A stretch of DNA of 63,016 bases, the filler included, from Chiloscyllium plagiosum (taxonomy: Eukaryota), in the NCBI RefSeq assembly GCF_004010195.1. It is 3 parts of one record of this genome, joined end to end, with 100 filler letters (N's around TTAATTAATTAA, not from the genome) between each part and the next. Parts side by side here need not be neighbours in the genome. Positions count along the whole stretch, not along the records: positions 1 to 29,556 come from NC_057710.1; positions 29,657 to 57,455 come from NC_057710.1; 1 more part is not named here. One strand, given 5' to 3'. The translations under genes and the position numbers were made by a program. Below are positions 25,520-37,122 of this stretch, piece by piece (position 1 is the first letter of the stretch; every line of letters begins with the position of its first letter). The notes below the pieces were generated by a model, which worked only from the letters and a program-made list of their open reading frames with translations, searched no databases and was not told the origin of the DNA.

Positions 25520-27845
25520 ATCAGAATGGGAGGAATCCATTCACCTTTGAGCCTAATCTGCCATTCTATTATGTCAGAGTTAATTATCTATTTCAAATCA
25601 CTTTCTATGCCATCTCTATGGCGCTTGATGAAATTAGTTTCCTGAAAACCTTGATTTATGCCTTCAACATGTAAAGGATTGAGCTAGCATAGCCCTCTGG
25701 GGAAGACAATTCCAAAGATTCTCCATTCTGAGTGGAAAAACTCCTCCTCTTGTCAATCTTAAAGGCCAATCCCTTACTCTGGAGATAATTCCCCCAGTTC
25801 CAGACTCACCAATCAGGTCAAACATTGAACGACTTCCACCCTTACATGCTCTGTAAGAATTTCATAGCTTTTAATGAGGCCACTTCTCATTCTTCAAATT
25901 CTAGAGAATGCAGGTTCAATTTCTCAATATCTACTTCTAAGACAATCCCACCATCTCTCAGACTAATCTAGTGAATCTCTGTTGCGAGAAAGAGCATACA
26001 ATGTGGAAAAATGTGAGGTTATATGTTTTGGTAGGAAGAATAGAGGTGTGTATTATTTTGTAAATGGGAAAAGGCTTTTGGAAATCTTATCTACAAAGGG
26101 ATTTAGGAGTTTTATTTCAGGATGCTCTTAGGACTCACACAGGTTCAGTTAGCATACATTTCAAGACTGCGAGAATATAAGAGTAGAGCTGAAGAAGATT
26201 CCAAAGTGTAGACTAGTTAGCAAAGTCAGATTGAATGGAATCCAGGGAGAGCTAGCCATTTGGATACAAAATTGGCTTGAAGGTAGGAGATAGAGGATGG
26301 TGGTGCAGAGTTGTTTTTCAGGCTGGAGGCCAGTGACCAGTGATGTGCCACAAGGATCAGAGCTGGGTCCATTGCTTTGCATCATTGAAATGATTTGGAT
26401 GTGAATGTAGGAGGAATGGCTAGTAGTTTCCAGATGACACCAAAATTGGTGGTGTCGTGGACAGCTAAGACGGTTATCTCAGAGTACAACAGGACCTTGA
26501 TCAGATAGGCTAATGGACTGGGGAGTGGTAGAAGGAGTTTAATTTTAGTAAGTGTGAGGTGCTGCATTTTGGTAAAGCAAATTAGGCCAGGAATCATACA
26601 CTTAATGGCAGGGTCCTGGGGAGTATTGCCAAGCAGTGAGACCTGGGGTGCAGGTTCATAGTTCCTCAAAGGTGGAGTTGCAGGTTGACAGGATAGTGAA
26701 GCAGGCATTTGGTGCTTGCCTTCATTGGCCAGTGTCCTGAGTATAGGAGTTGGGATGTCATGTTGCGACTGTACAAGTCATTGGTTAGGCCACTTTTGGA
26801 TTACTGTGTTCAATTCTTGCCAACTTGCTATAGGAGGATGTTTTTAAATTAGGATGGGTGCAGAAAAGATTTACAAGGATATTGGTGGGGTTGGAGAATT
26901 TGAGCTATAGAGAGAGGCTGAATAGGCTGGGGCTATTTTCTCTGGTGCTTCAGAGACTGAGGGGTAGCCTTATAGAGGTTTATAAAATCATGAGAGGCAT
27001 GGATCGGATGAATAGCCAAGGTCTTTTTCCCCAGAGTAGGAGAATCCAAAACTAGAGGGCATAGGTTTAACGTAAGATTTAATAAAGATTTAAAAAGGCC
27101 TAAGGAGCATTTTTTTCCACATAGGATGGTGCATGTCTAGAATGAGCTTCCAGAGGGTGGAGGCTGGTACAATTACAATACTTAAAGGCAATGGATGGGA
27201 GTTTGAATAGGAAGGGGTTGGAAAGATATGGGCCAATGCTGGCAAATGGGACTAGATTAACTTAGGATATCTGATCAGCATGGACAAGTTGGATCTAAGG
27301 GTCTCTTTCCATGCTGTGCAACTCTATGACTCTATATACTGTTGAGGTTGTATAAGGCTTTGGTCAGACTATATCTAAAATACTGTAAACTGTTTTGGAC
27401 CCTGCATCTAAAGAAGGATGTTCTGGCATCCAGAGGACGCTTACAAGAATGATCCATGGAATGAAGGGCTTATCATATGACAAGTAGATGACAACTCTCC
27501 ATCCGCATTTCAAGTTTAGAACAATTGGGAACGGGGGGGGCAATTGGATTAAAACCTAGAGAATACTGAGATGCCTGGATAGACCTGACTTGGAGAAAAT
27601 GAGAACTGAGATAAGGAAATATTTCTCCAGAGTGTGGTTAGTCTTTGGAACTTAATGCTGAAGAAGGCTTTAGAGGCCAAGTCACTGGACGTATTTAAGA
27701 CAGAGGTAGATAGAGATAGGTTCTTGATTGGTAAGGCAATCAAGGTTACAGGGAGAAGGCAGGAAAATGGGGTTGAGAAACATACCAGCCAATATCAAAT
27801 AGCTAAATGGGCTAAACCTGTTCTTATATCTTATTATCTTATTTC
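25520..27845. mobile_element. Cluster of CR1 fragments (25520-25980 minus; 25995-27845 plus, with a nested copy at ~26195-27335)
   Basis: GIQGELAIWIQNWL, QKRFTRIL..LSYRERLNRLGLFSL and CR1-type tails. Confidence 0.8.
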
Positions 27846-28164
27846 CTTCCTTAGATATGGAGTCTAAGACTATACACAATACAATTATATTTAGTGAAAT
27901 AAATTACTTTGCCCTGGATGGTATCGAGATTCTTGAGTGTTGTTGAAGTTGCAACCATCCAGGTAAGTGGAGAGTATTCTATCACAGACCTGACTTACGC
28001 CTTGTCCATTGTAGACATTTAAGAGATAATTATTCACCACAGAATTTCCAACATCTGAATTGCTCCCTAACCATAGTCCCTACCCTCAAATTTATATTCC
28101 CCCCCCCAAACCCCAATACTTCCCAACCAAACCGTTCCTGTTTACATCACATGATTAGCCAGAG

Positions 28165-28600
28165 CAACGGCCAAGACCGACAGCAAACATCGCTCACCTG
28201 TGGATCAAAACAAGAGGCCGCGACTCCGATCCTGCTGGTGGCCCCATGGGCCGCCTATCCGCCATGTGCTGTAATCGGTCGGACGGACGGTCTGTGCGGT
28301 TACCGATCTGTGAACCTCTTCAAATGCCGCCGCCCCCCGATTCCCGCCGCGAACCACCTCGCGCCACCCGCCAACTGCTGTCAAAACCTCCTGTCCTCGG
28401 CTGCACTGGGCAACAAGGCGGCACCTGATTGGTCGCTGCCAGCATAGCGACCACAGTGTCGCCGCGTGTTCACCAAACTCGGCCGCGATTGGACAGCGGC
28501 GCCTTCCTTGGAGACGGAGCAGCAGGTTTCTGTCAAGCTGGCGGACGCCGCCAATGTCGGTTTGACCGTTGCGGGTGAGAACACAACGGATGGATAATTC
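28165..28600 (-). promoter_or_regulatory. CpG-island promoter: CCAAT boxes (28428-32, 28488-92, 28551-55), E2F-like GGCGGGAA (28341-48), CDE/CHR GGCGGC-N4-TTTGAA (28319-28334)
   Basis: The clearest non-repetitive CpG-dense block in an otherwise CpG-depleted window; motifs read directly from the sequence. Confidence 0.8.
28198..28320 (-). other. Unidentified gene, first exon (5' UTR containing uORF start); upstream boundary approximate
   Basis: CAG|gtgagc donor at 28198 inside the CpG island, directly downstream of promoter motifs. Confidence 0.65.
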
Positions 28601-28619
28601 AGCACAACTGAGCAAACTT

Positions 28620-29556
28620 ATCGTGCAGGGTCCTTATATCTAGAAGGATGGAATATTGGGATGGAGAAATTAATGCCCCTTGCAGCACTATGAGCAGATC
28701 CGCCACTCTTTCGGAAGGATATATAGTATTGGCAATGGAGGGTGTACAATGTAGGTTTACGTGAACGATTCCAAGACTTCAGAGGTTAAGGTATGAGGAG
28801 AATCAAATTAGGCCTGTTTTCTCCAGAATTTAAACGGTTAAGGAAGAGTCATACCGCATGGGACCAGATCCTTCAGTACATTTGGCTCATATCCTTCTAA
28901 ACATTTTCTATTCAAATACATGTCCAAATGTCTTTTAAATATGGTACATGCATCGACCACTTGCTCCACAAACAAAAAATTTTCCACATGTGAAAAGGTT
29001 GCCCCTCATGTCCCTTTTAAATTGTTCTCCTCTCACTTTAAAATGATGCTGTCTATTTTGAACTCCCCAACCCTAGCAAATGACTTTTGATCCTTATCTA
29101 TGCCCCTCTGATTTTATAAACCTCTATAAGGATAGTAACAGGATAGGACAGAGTCAGCATGGATTTATGAAGGGGAAATCATGCTTGACTAATCTTCTTG
29201 AATTTTTTGAGGATGTAACTATGAAGTTGGACGAGGGAAATCCAGGAGATGTAGTGTACCTGGACTTTCAGAAAGCTTTTGATAAAGTCCCACACAGGAG
29301 GTTAGTGAGTAAAATTAGGGTGCATGGTATTGGGGGCATAGTACTAGATTGGATTGAAAATTGGTTGGCTAATAGGAAACAAAGGGTAGTGATAAACGGC
29401 TCCATTTCGGAAAGGCATGCAGTGACCAGTGGGGTACCGCAGGGATCCATGCTGGGACCACAGCTTTTTACAATATATGTTAATGATATAGAAGATGGTA
29501 ACAGCAATAACATTAGCAAATTTGCTGATGAAACAAAGCTGGGTGGCAGGGTGAAA
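28620..29556. mobile_element. CR1 fragments (old + and - pieces; younger RT piece at 29130-29556 +)
   Basis: QHGFMKGKSCLTNLLEFF, YLDFQKAFDKVPH, SGVPQGS, KFADETKLGG. Confidence 0.85.
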
Positions 29557-29656
29557 NNNNNNNNNNNNNNNNNNNNNNNNNNNNNNNNNNNNNNNNNNNN
29601 TTAATTAATTAANNNNNNNNNNNNNNNNNNNNNNNNNNNNNNNNNNNNNNNNNNNN
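29557..29656. other. Artificial 100-bp scaffold spacer (44 N + TTAATTAATTAA + 44 N)
   Basis: An identical construct occurs at 57456-57555. Confidence 0.95.
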
Positions 29657-32115
29657 CGTTCTTCACCGAAGTTGATGATCCTCCAGGCACAGTTGATGTT
29701 CGTCTCGGTGTGCGTCCCGGGGAACAGGCCGTAGAGCATGGAGTCCTGGGTCACGGCGCTGCTGGGGATGAACCTCGACAAACACCACTGCATTCCTCTC
29801 CAGACTTCCTCTGTATAGGCACATTCCAGAAGGAGGTGCGTGACAGTCTCGTTCCCCCCGCAGCCGCTTCGAGGGCAGCGTGTAGTGCGGCTGAGAGTCC
29901 GGGCGTGCATAAAGGATCTCACAGGCAGAGCCCTTCTCACCACCAGCCAAGCCATGTCTTGGTGCTTGTTGGAAAGTTCTGGCGATGAGCCATTCTGCCA
30001 AATGGCTTTGACAGTCTGCTCAGGGAACCGCTCGATAGGTTCCGCCCCCTCCTTTTCCCGAAGGGTCTCGAGGACACTACGTGCTGACCACGTCCTGATG
30101 GACTTATGGTCAAAGGTGTTTTTCTTCATAAACTTCTCCATGAAGGACAGGTGATACCGAACGGTCCAACTACTCGGAGCGTTCCGCGGCAGCGAGGCCA
30201 GGCCCATCCTTCGCAACACCGGGGACAGGTAGAACCTCAGTACGTAGTGACACTTGGTGTTTGCGTACCGCGGATCCACACACAGCTTGATGCAGCCACA
30301 CACAAAGGTGGCCATCAGGGTGAGGGTGGAATTGGGTGTATTTTTCCCCCCGTTGCTCAGATCTTTGTACAGCGAGTCCCTTTGGACCCGGTCCATCTTT
30401 GATCTCCATATAAACTGGCAGATGGCCCGGGTGACTGCAGCGGCACAAGTTCTGGGAATAGGCCAGACCTGTGCCACCTATAATAGCAATGACAGTGCCT
30501 CACACCTGATGACCAGGTTTTTTCCTGCGATGGAGAGCGACCCATCTGCCCAGTTTCTGCCTCACTTTGCTGATACACTCCTCCCAAGACTTGGCGCACG
30601 CCCCAGCCCCCCCCGAACCAAGTACCCAGCACCTTCAGGTGGTCGGTCCTGACGGTGAAGGGGATCGAGGATTGGTCGGCCCAGTTCCCGAAAGGCATGG
30701 CCTCGCTCTTGCCTCGGTTTACCTTGGCCCCCGAGGCCCTTTCGAACTGGTCACACGTGCACATGAGTCTGCGCACGGACAGCGGATCCGAGCAGAAAAT
30801 GGTGACGTCATCCATGTACAGGCAGGCCTTAACCTGCAGGCCCCTGCTGCCACGAATAGTCACCCCTCTCAGACTCGCATCCTTCCTGATGGACTCGGTA
30901 AATGGCTCTATGCAGCATACTAACAAGGCAGGAGAGAGAGGGCAGCCCTGCCTGACTCCAGATCTGACTGGGAAGCTATCTGATTCCCACCCATTGATTG
31001 AGACTGCACTGACAATGTTGGTGTAGAGCAGTCTGATCCAATTGCAGATTCCCTCCCCAAAGCCCATTTTGGAGAGAACATCTCTCATATACGTGTGTGA
31101 TATCCTGTCAAAGGCTTTCTCCTGGTCCAGGCTGATCAGGCAGGTGTCCAACCCTCTGTCCTGCACGTAGGCGATCTTATCCCTGAGGAGTGCGAGACTC
31201 TCAGCAATCTTCCTGCCCGGTACAGCACAGGTTTGGTCAGGGTGAATCACCGACCCCAGAGCAGACCTGACCCAGTTGGCGATTATCTTTGACAGAATTT
31301 TGTAGTACACATTCAACAGTGAGATTGGTCTCCAATTTTTGAGTTCCTCCCTCTCCCCCTTCCGTCTCTTCCGGGAGTTTTATTCTTTTCGAAGGACTCG
31401 AGGGCCTTGTTCAGCTCGTCCAGAGATAGCGGCTGGTCCAGCCTCTCCCGTGTTCTGTCGTCTAAGACCTCCGTGATAGGGGACGGGAACGACTGGGAGG
31501 CCGCGCTGTTGGTCGGCTTCGTGTCATACAGACTGGCATAGAAGGATTTGCTGATCCTCATGACGTCAGCCTGAGATGACGTTATGGTGCCATCTTCTTC
31601 CTTCAGGCTGCTGAGCACGGAGCTCTCTTTATGCACCTTCTGCAAGAAGAAACGTGAGCACGTCTCGTCCTGCTCCACCGAGCGGACCCTAGACCGGACG
31701 ATTATCTTAGAGGCCTCCGAGGCAAAGAGCGAGGCTTGCTGGCCCTTCACCTCCTTGAGCTCCTCCGTGACATCGACCCCCATCATCTGCAGCAGGAGCA
31801 GGTTCTGCATACTTTCCTGGATCTGGGACAGTTTTCCCTGCCTCTCTCTCGCTTCCTGAACACCTTTGAGGATGAAGAACCTCTTGATGTTCCCTTTTAC
31901 TGTTTCCCACCAGTCCGATGGAGACTCAAAGAGGGGCTTCACGGTTCTCCAACCTGCGTAGTCCCTCTTGAGCTCCTCAATGTTTCCCGGGGTGAACAGC
32001 TTTGTGTTCAGCTTCCATGTTCCCTTACCAGCCCGCTGCTTGTCCTGTAGGTGACAGTCGGCCAGCAGGAGGCAGTGGTCAGAGAAGAACACCGGCTTGA
32101 CGTTGGTGGATCTGA
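29657..32115 (-). mobile_element. Tx1-clade LINE ORF2 (end of APE, RT, CCHC zinc finger), 5'-truncated, with an internal deletion and frameshifts
   Basis: FSDHCLL..WKLN, LDQEKAFDRISH, SGVRQGCPLSP, YMDD, CPRSGCGGNETVTHLLLEC; GC/CpG-rich, suggesting a young copy. Confidence 0.92.
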
Positions 32116-33200
32116 CCAAGAGCATCCTGTATAACCACATCATGATGTTCCAACTCCTATACTCAGTGGTCTGAGCAATGAAGGCAAGCGTGCCAAACGC
32201 CTTCTCTACCACGTTTACCTGTGACACAACTTTCAATGTACTACGTACCTAAACCCATAGGTCTCTCAATTTGACAGTACTCCCAGGGCCCGAACATTAA
32301 TTGTGTAATTCCTGCCCTTGTTCATCTTACCAAAATGCAACACCTCATACTTATTGAAATTAAATTCCATTTTTCACTCCGCAGCCCATTGGCCCATCTG
32401 GTCAAGGTCACTTTGTATTCTGAGATAACCTTCTTCACTGTCCACTACACCATCTATTTTGGTAACATCTGCAACCATGCCTCCTGTATTCACATCTAAA
32501 TCATTTATATAAATGACAAAAATTAGTGGACCTAGCACCAATCCATGGGAAATACTGCTGGTCACAAGCCTCCAGTCTGATAAACAAACCTCCACCACCA
32601 CACTCTGTCTTCTACCATCAACTCAATTTTCTATCCAATTTGCAAACTCTCCCTGAATCCCATGTGGTCTAATCTTACTGACCATTCTGCCATGCAAAAC
32701 CTTGTCAAAGACCTTCCGAAAGTCCATGTAGACAAAATCTACTGCTTTGCCCTCATCTGTCTTCTTGATCATAACCTAAAAAAACTCCATCAAGTTTGTG
32801 AGATATGATTTCCCATGCACAGAGCCATGTGTATTTTCTAATCAGCCCTTGCCTCTCCAAATGCACATAAATCCTGTCGCTCAGAACCTTCTCCAACAAC
32901 TTATCCATCACTGACATCAAATTTATTGGTCTATAGTTTATAGTCTTCTTGTTGTAGCCTTTCTCAAATAATAGCAAAACATTAGCCACCCTCCAGTCTT
33001 CTAGCACCCCACCCATGGCTTAAATGATACAAATATTTCTGCAAGGGGTCCCACAATTTCTTCCCTAGCTTCCTGTCATAGGATAAACTTGATTAGGTCC
33101 CAGAGATTCATCTACGTTTATACTTTTTCAGACCTCCAGCACGTCCACTTCTGTAATGTAGACGCTTGTCAAAACATCAATATTTAGTTCACATATCCAT
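32116..33200 (-). mobile_element. CR1 LINE RT fragment adjoining the Tx1 5' truncation
   Basis: EDWRVANV..YRPINL, LGPLIFVIYINDLD. Confidence 0.85.
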
Positions 33201-36200
33201 ACATGCAGCCATTGCACAGTGCCTTTATAGTACAGATATTGAATCTTGCCTAAAAGACAGATACGTTGTCAAATGCTTTTGCCCTGGACTCATCAGAACA
33301 AATGCAAAATGTCAAATTTCAAGATCACAACTGGTGGAAAGGTTGTTGTGATCATTTGAAATTTAGTATTCTTGAATTTGTCCCGATGACTGAAAAATGG
33401 AAAAACCTGAGCAATGCACCTCTCTTTTCAGCAATATATATTATCATAGTCTTATAACACCAACACCTTTCCATTCCAGACACTGCTCGTCTCCCGCTGG
33501 AAGTGATGGGCTGCAGCACTGCCTCAGACTGGGGCTATGAGGCACACTCACAGACGACCAGAAACATTCCCGCTCACCTGGCTCCAGCCCAGTCCTTGGT
33601 AGGTTCTTCACCGCCACCGCCTTTCAGTCCTCAATTTGATAGAATATATGGAAGGTGATGCATGGGATTAATCCAAATATTTCAGGTTCAGCTTGATTGT
33701 GCAGACCCAACAGTTGAATGTCAGCATTTAGGCTCTGACAACACGGTGAGATGAAAGTTTGGAAACACTATATCTTGTTAGTATTTGGAGCTTAGTTTAC
33801 TGAATCATTATGATCTGTCAGAGTAATACAATGTATGTTTAATGATTTGAATGATGATTTGTTATTATAAAAATTACATTATCCAGGAATGTGAATAAAA
33901 ATAAAAACAGAAGAAAGATAACCTGAAGATTGATAACACACAATCTGGTTATGGCATAAAAACCAAGTGTTAATCTACATTGACTTAACTGGCATAGACT
34001 ATACTCCAATTTACATGTTTTGTACTATGAATACATAACTATTCATTCATGAGATGTGGGTGTCACCTGCCAGGCCAGTATTTATTACCTTTCCCTAATT
34101 GCCCAGTGGGTTGTTAAGTGTCAATTACATTGCTGTGGGTCTGGAGTTACACATAGGCCAGACCAGATAAGGATGGAGTTTCCTTCCCTAAAGGATATTG
34201 GAGAACTAGATGGGTTTTTCTGACAATCGATATTGGTTTCATCTTTATCATTAGACTCCAGAATCCAGATTATTTACATCCATTTTTCAGAACTTGCCTT
34301 TGCAATAATGTCATAGGAGATCTTATACTATATGTAACAGTGGAGATGTATCCACCACAGTTGTTATAATCGTACCTATATTTATTATGGGCCATCAATA
34401 TCTAATATCCAACATATGAATATCATACCTTCAGCCTTTCACAGACTAAACTGACTTTTAATAAGGACAAGTACTGACTTAAACTTGCTGCTACGATCAC
34501 CTAACCAACTTGAGCCATCAAGGATGAAATTGGTACTTAGAGATGCCCTTGGTCCAAGAGATCAGCATTTAGAATGGAGATAAGGATCAGTAGGAGAAAG
34601 AAATCAATCGTGAGAGTTTTGACAGGTCCCCTAACTGTAACAACAATGTAGGATGAAGTATACAAACATAAGTACTGGTGTCTGTGATGAAAGAGCTGCA
34701 TTCATCATGGATGATTTTAATTCACATATAAAATGAAAATGTAAGATTGGATATGGTAGCCTGGATGAGAAATTCATAGAATGCTTTTGAGATAGTTTCT
34801 TAGAACAGCATGTTCTGGAACCAACCACAGAGCAGATTACACTAGATTTTGTATTGTATTGACGGGATTATTTAATAACTTCAGAATAAAAAAAGTAGCA
34901 GTGACCACAATAGGATTAAATTCTACCTCCAATCTGAAAGGAAGAAGAATGTGTCCAAGACTAGCATTGCAAATTTAAATAAGCGTAGGTATAGGGAAAT
35001 GAAAGCTAGGCTAGCTGGAATACTTGGATTTAAATTTAGATTTTATTGTCACATATACTCAAGTACTTAAGTACAGGGTACAGTGAAAAGTGTATAATGT
35101 TGCTACACACAGTGCCATCTTAGGTACAAAACACTTAGGAGGTATAAATTAATAAGAGAAACAGAGTTAAAAGATTAAGCATTACCTTCACAGAATATGT
35201 GGAAAAATTTTAAAAACTAAGGCTTAAAGAGCAAGCCACCAAGATGCCAGGCCAAAACACTGTCATGAGCTGCTGAGAGACCATGCCAGGACACCATCAT
35301 GAGTTGCCAAGAGACCAGTCTATGACCCGCCATAAGCTGCCAAGATACCAGGCCGAGACACCGCAACAAGCTTCTGGGTGACTGGGCCAAGACACCGCCA
35401 CGGCTGCCTCACCGGGTCTGCGCTGAGACTGGGAAGAAACAAAGAGAGAAAGAAAAAAAAGAGAAGGACCAAGAAATAAATGGTGCATGAGCTCTAGGGT
35501 GCATCCCACTCTGTTGCCATCTTGGTCCTTGCTAAGGGATACTGGATTTAGGGGGTATATGGATATAGAAATGAGGCAGACATTTATGGGATATTTCAGA
35601 ATACTCTATACATCCATGATTTCTAAGAACTACTACATGACGTCGGCCGCTTTAATTTCTATATTTCTCTCATCCACTCCAACCTGTTTCCCTCTGAACT
35701 TGCTGTATTTTATTCTCTCAGATCTAACCTTAACTTTATCAAACGCTGACGAGGGTGATTCTATAAACATAAATATTAGGTCATTTAGCCCTTTAAGTAT
35801 ACTCTGTCAATCAATAACATTATGGTTGATCTGTTCATAGAGTCATAGAATTATACAGCATGTTCTGAATTCCACATTCAATTTATTTCCAATAACCTTT
35901 AATTGCCTTGCCTCTCAAGAATCTCTCCTCCACCCTCCACTTCCAGTGTTTTCTAATGCACAGTTCCAAAGACAGATTTCTGTAAATAAAGAATTCCCCT
36001 ATCTGTTCTAAAAAGACAACATGTAATTTTAAAGAGACTCCCCTAGTTGTGGGACTCATCCACCTTATAGGTCCACCTTCTCAAGACCATTCTGAATCAA
36101 GTTACCGCTCATTCTTATAAACTTCAGTGAAAACAAGCAGCCTGTCCAATTATTCGTTATAAGATAATTTACTTAATCCAGGTATCGATCGAGTAAACCT

Positions 36201-36307
36201 CCTCTGAACCACCACCAACTCATTCAGACCCTTTAAAAAAACCTGACCAAAACAGCACGCTGTGTATGGGATATTGTCTCAGCAACACTTTGCACTAACT
36301 GAAACAT

Positions 36308-36438
36308 GAGGAGAAAGTGAGGTCTGCAGATGCTGGAGATCAGAGCTGAAAATGTGTTGCTGGAAAAGCGCAGCAGGTCAGGCAGCATCCAGGGAACAGG
36401 AGAATCGACGTTTCGGGCATAAGCCCTTCTTCAGGAAA
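36308..36438 (-). mobile_element. 131-bp PLE pLTR insertion with 11-bp TSD (aactgaaacat), inside a CR1 remnant (~35820-36465)
   Basis: TSD at 36297-36307 and 36439-36449; sequence nearly identical to 62913-63016. Confidence 0.85.
36404..36437 (-). ncRNA. Minimal hammerhead ribozyme motif
   Basis: Minus strand: ttc-CTGAAGA-a-GGGC-ttat-GCCC-GAAAC-GTC-gat; intact core with GUC cleavage triplet. Confidence 0.78.
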
Positions 36439-37122
36439 AACTGAAACATAGCATTCTTACTTTCACAACAAACAAATAAATTGCTGGAAAAATTGAGCAG
36501 ACCTGGCAGCATCCATGGAGAGAAAACGGTAAATATTTTGACTCATGTAACCCTTCTTCAGACCTTAAAGCAGCGAGTATTTACGCTGATGACATGAGTG
36601 AGGAGGATAAAGAAGTGGATAGGTGGAGTCAGAGCCCAGAGAAGGAGAGAAAATAAGGTAGGCAAAGGGATTTGCTGATAATAGACCAGGGAATAAGAGA
36701 AGATAGATAGGTGATAATCGGCACTGGGTAGTTGAAAATTTTATAATAGGATTTGTGGATGACGGTGTAAATAATAGACACAGAAGGAAACATTTATGTT
36801 CTGAAATTATTAAATTTGGTGTGATCCTGAAATCTGTAAGGTACTTAGAGTCAGAGAGTCATAGATATGTATAGCACGGAAATAGACCCTTCGATCCAAC
36901 CCGTCCATGCCGAGCAGATATCCCAACCCAATCTAGTCCCACCTGCCAACACCCAGCCCATATCTCTCCAAACCCATCCTATTCATATACCCAATCAGAT
37001 GCCTTTCAAATGTCGCAATTTTACTCGCCTCCACCACTTCCTCTGGCAGGTCTTTCCATACACATACCACCCTCTGCGTTAGGTCTCTATCTTTTCCCTG
37101 TCACACTAAACTTATGCCATCT

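Noticed and set aside
28151..28615. Overlapping ORFs in the CpG island
   Set aside because: Expected from high GC content; no recognisable domain; region better explained as promoter and first exon.
31313..32236. 307-aa ORF as a novel fusion protein
   Set aside because: Chance in-frame junction of a CR1 fragment with a truncated Tx1 ORF2.
35230..35410. Degenerate gccaagacacc repeats as a CRISPR-like array
   Set aside because: Irregular, degenerate minisatellite within a repeat in eukaryotic DNA; no constant repeat-spacer period.
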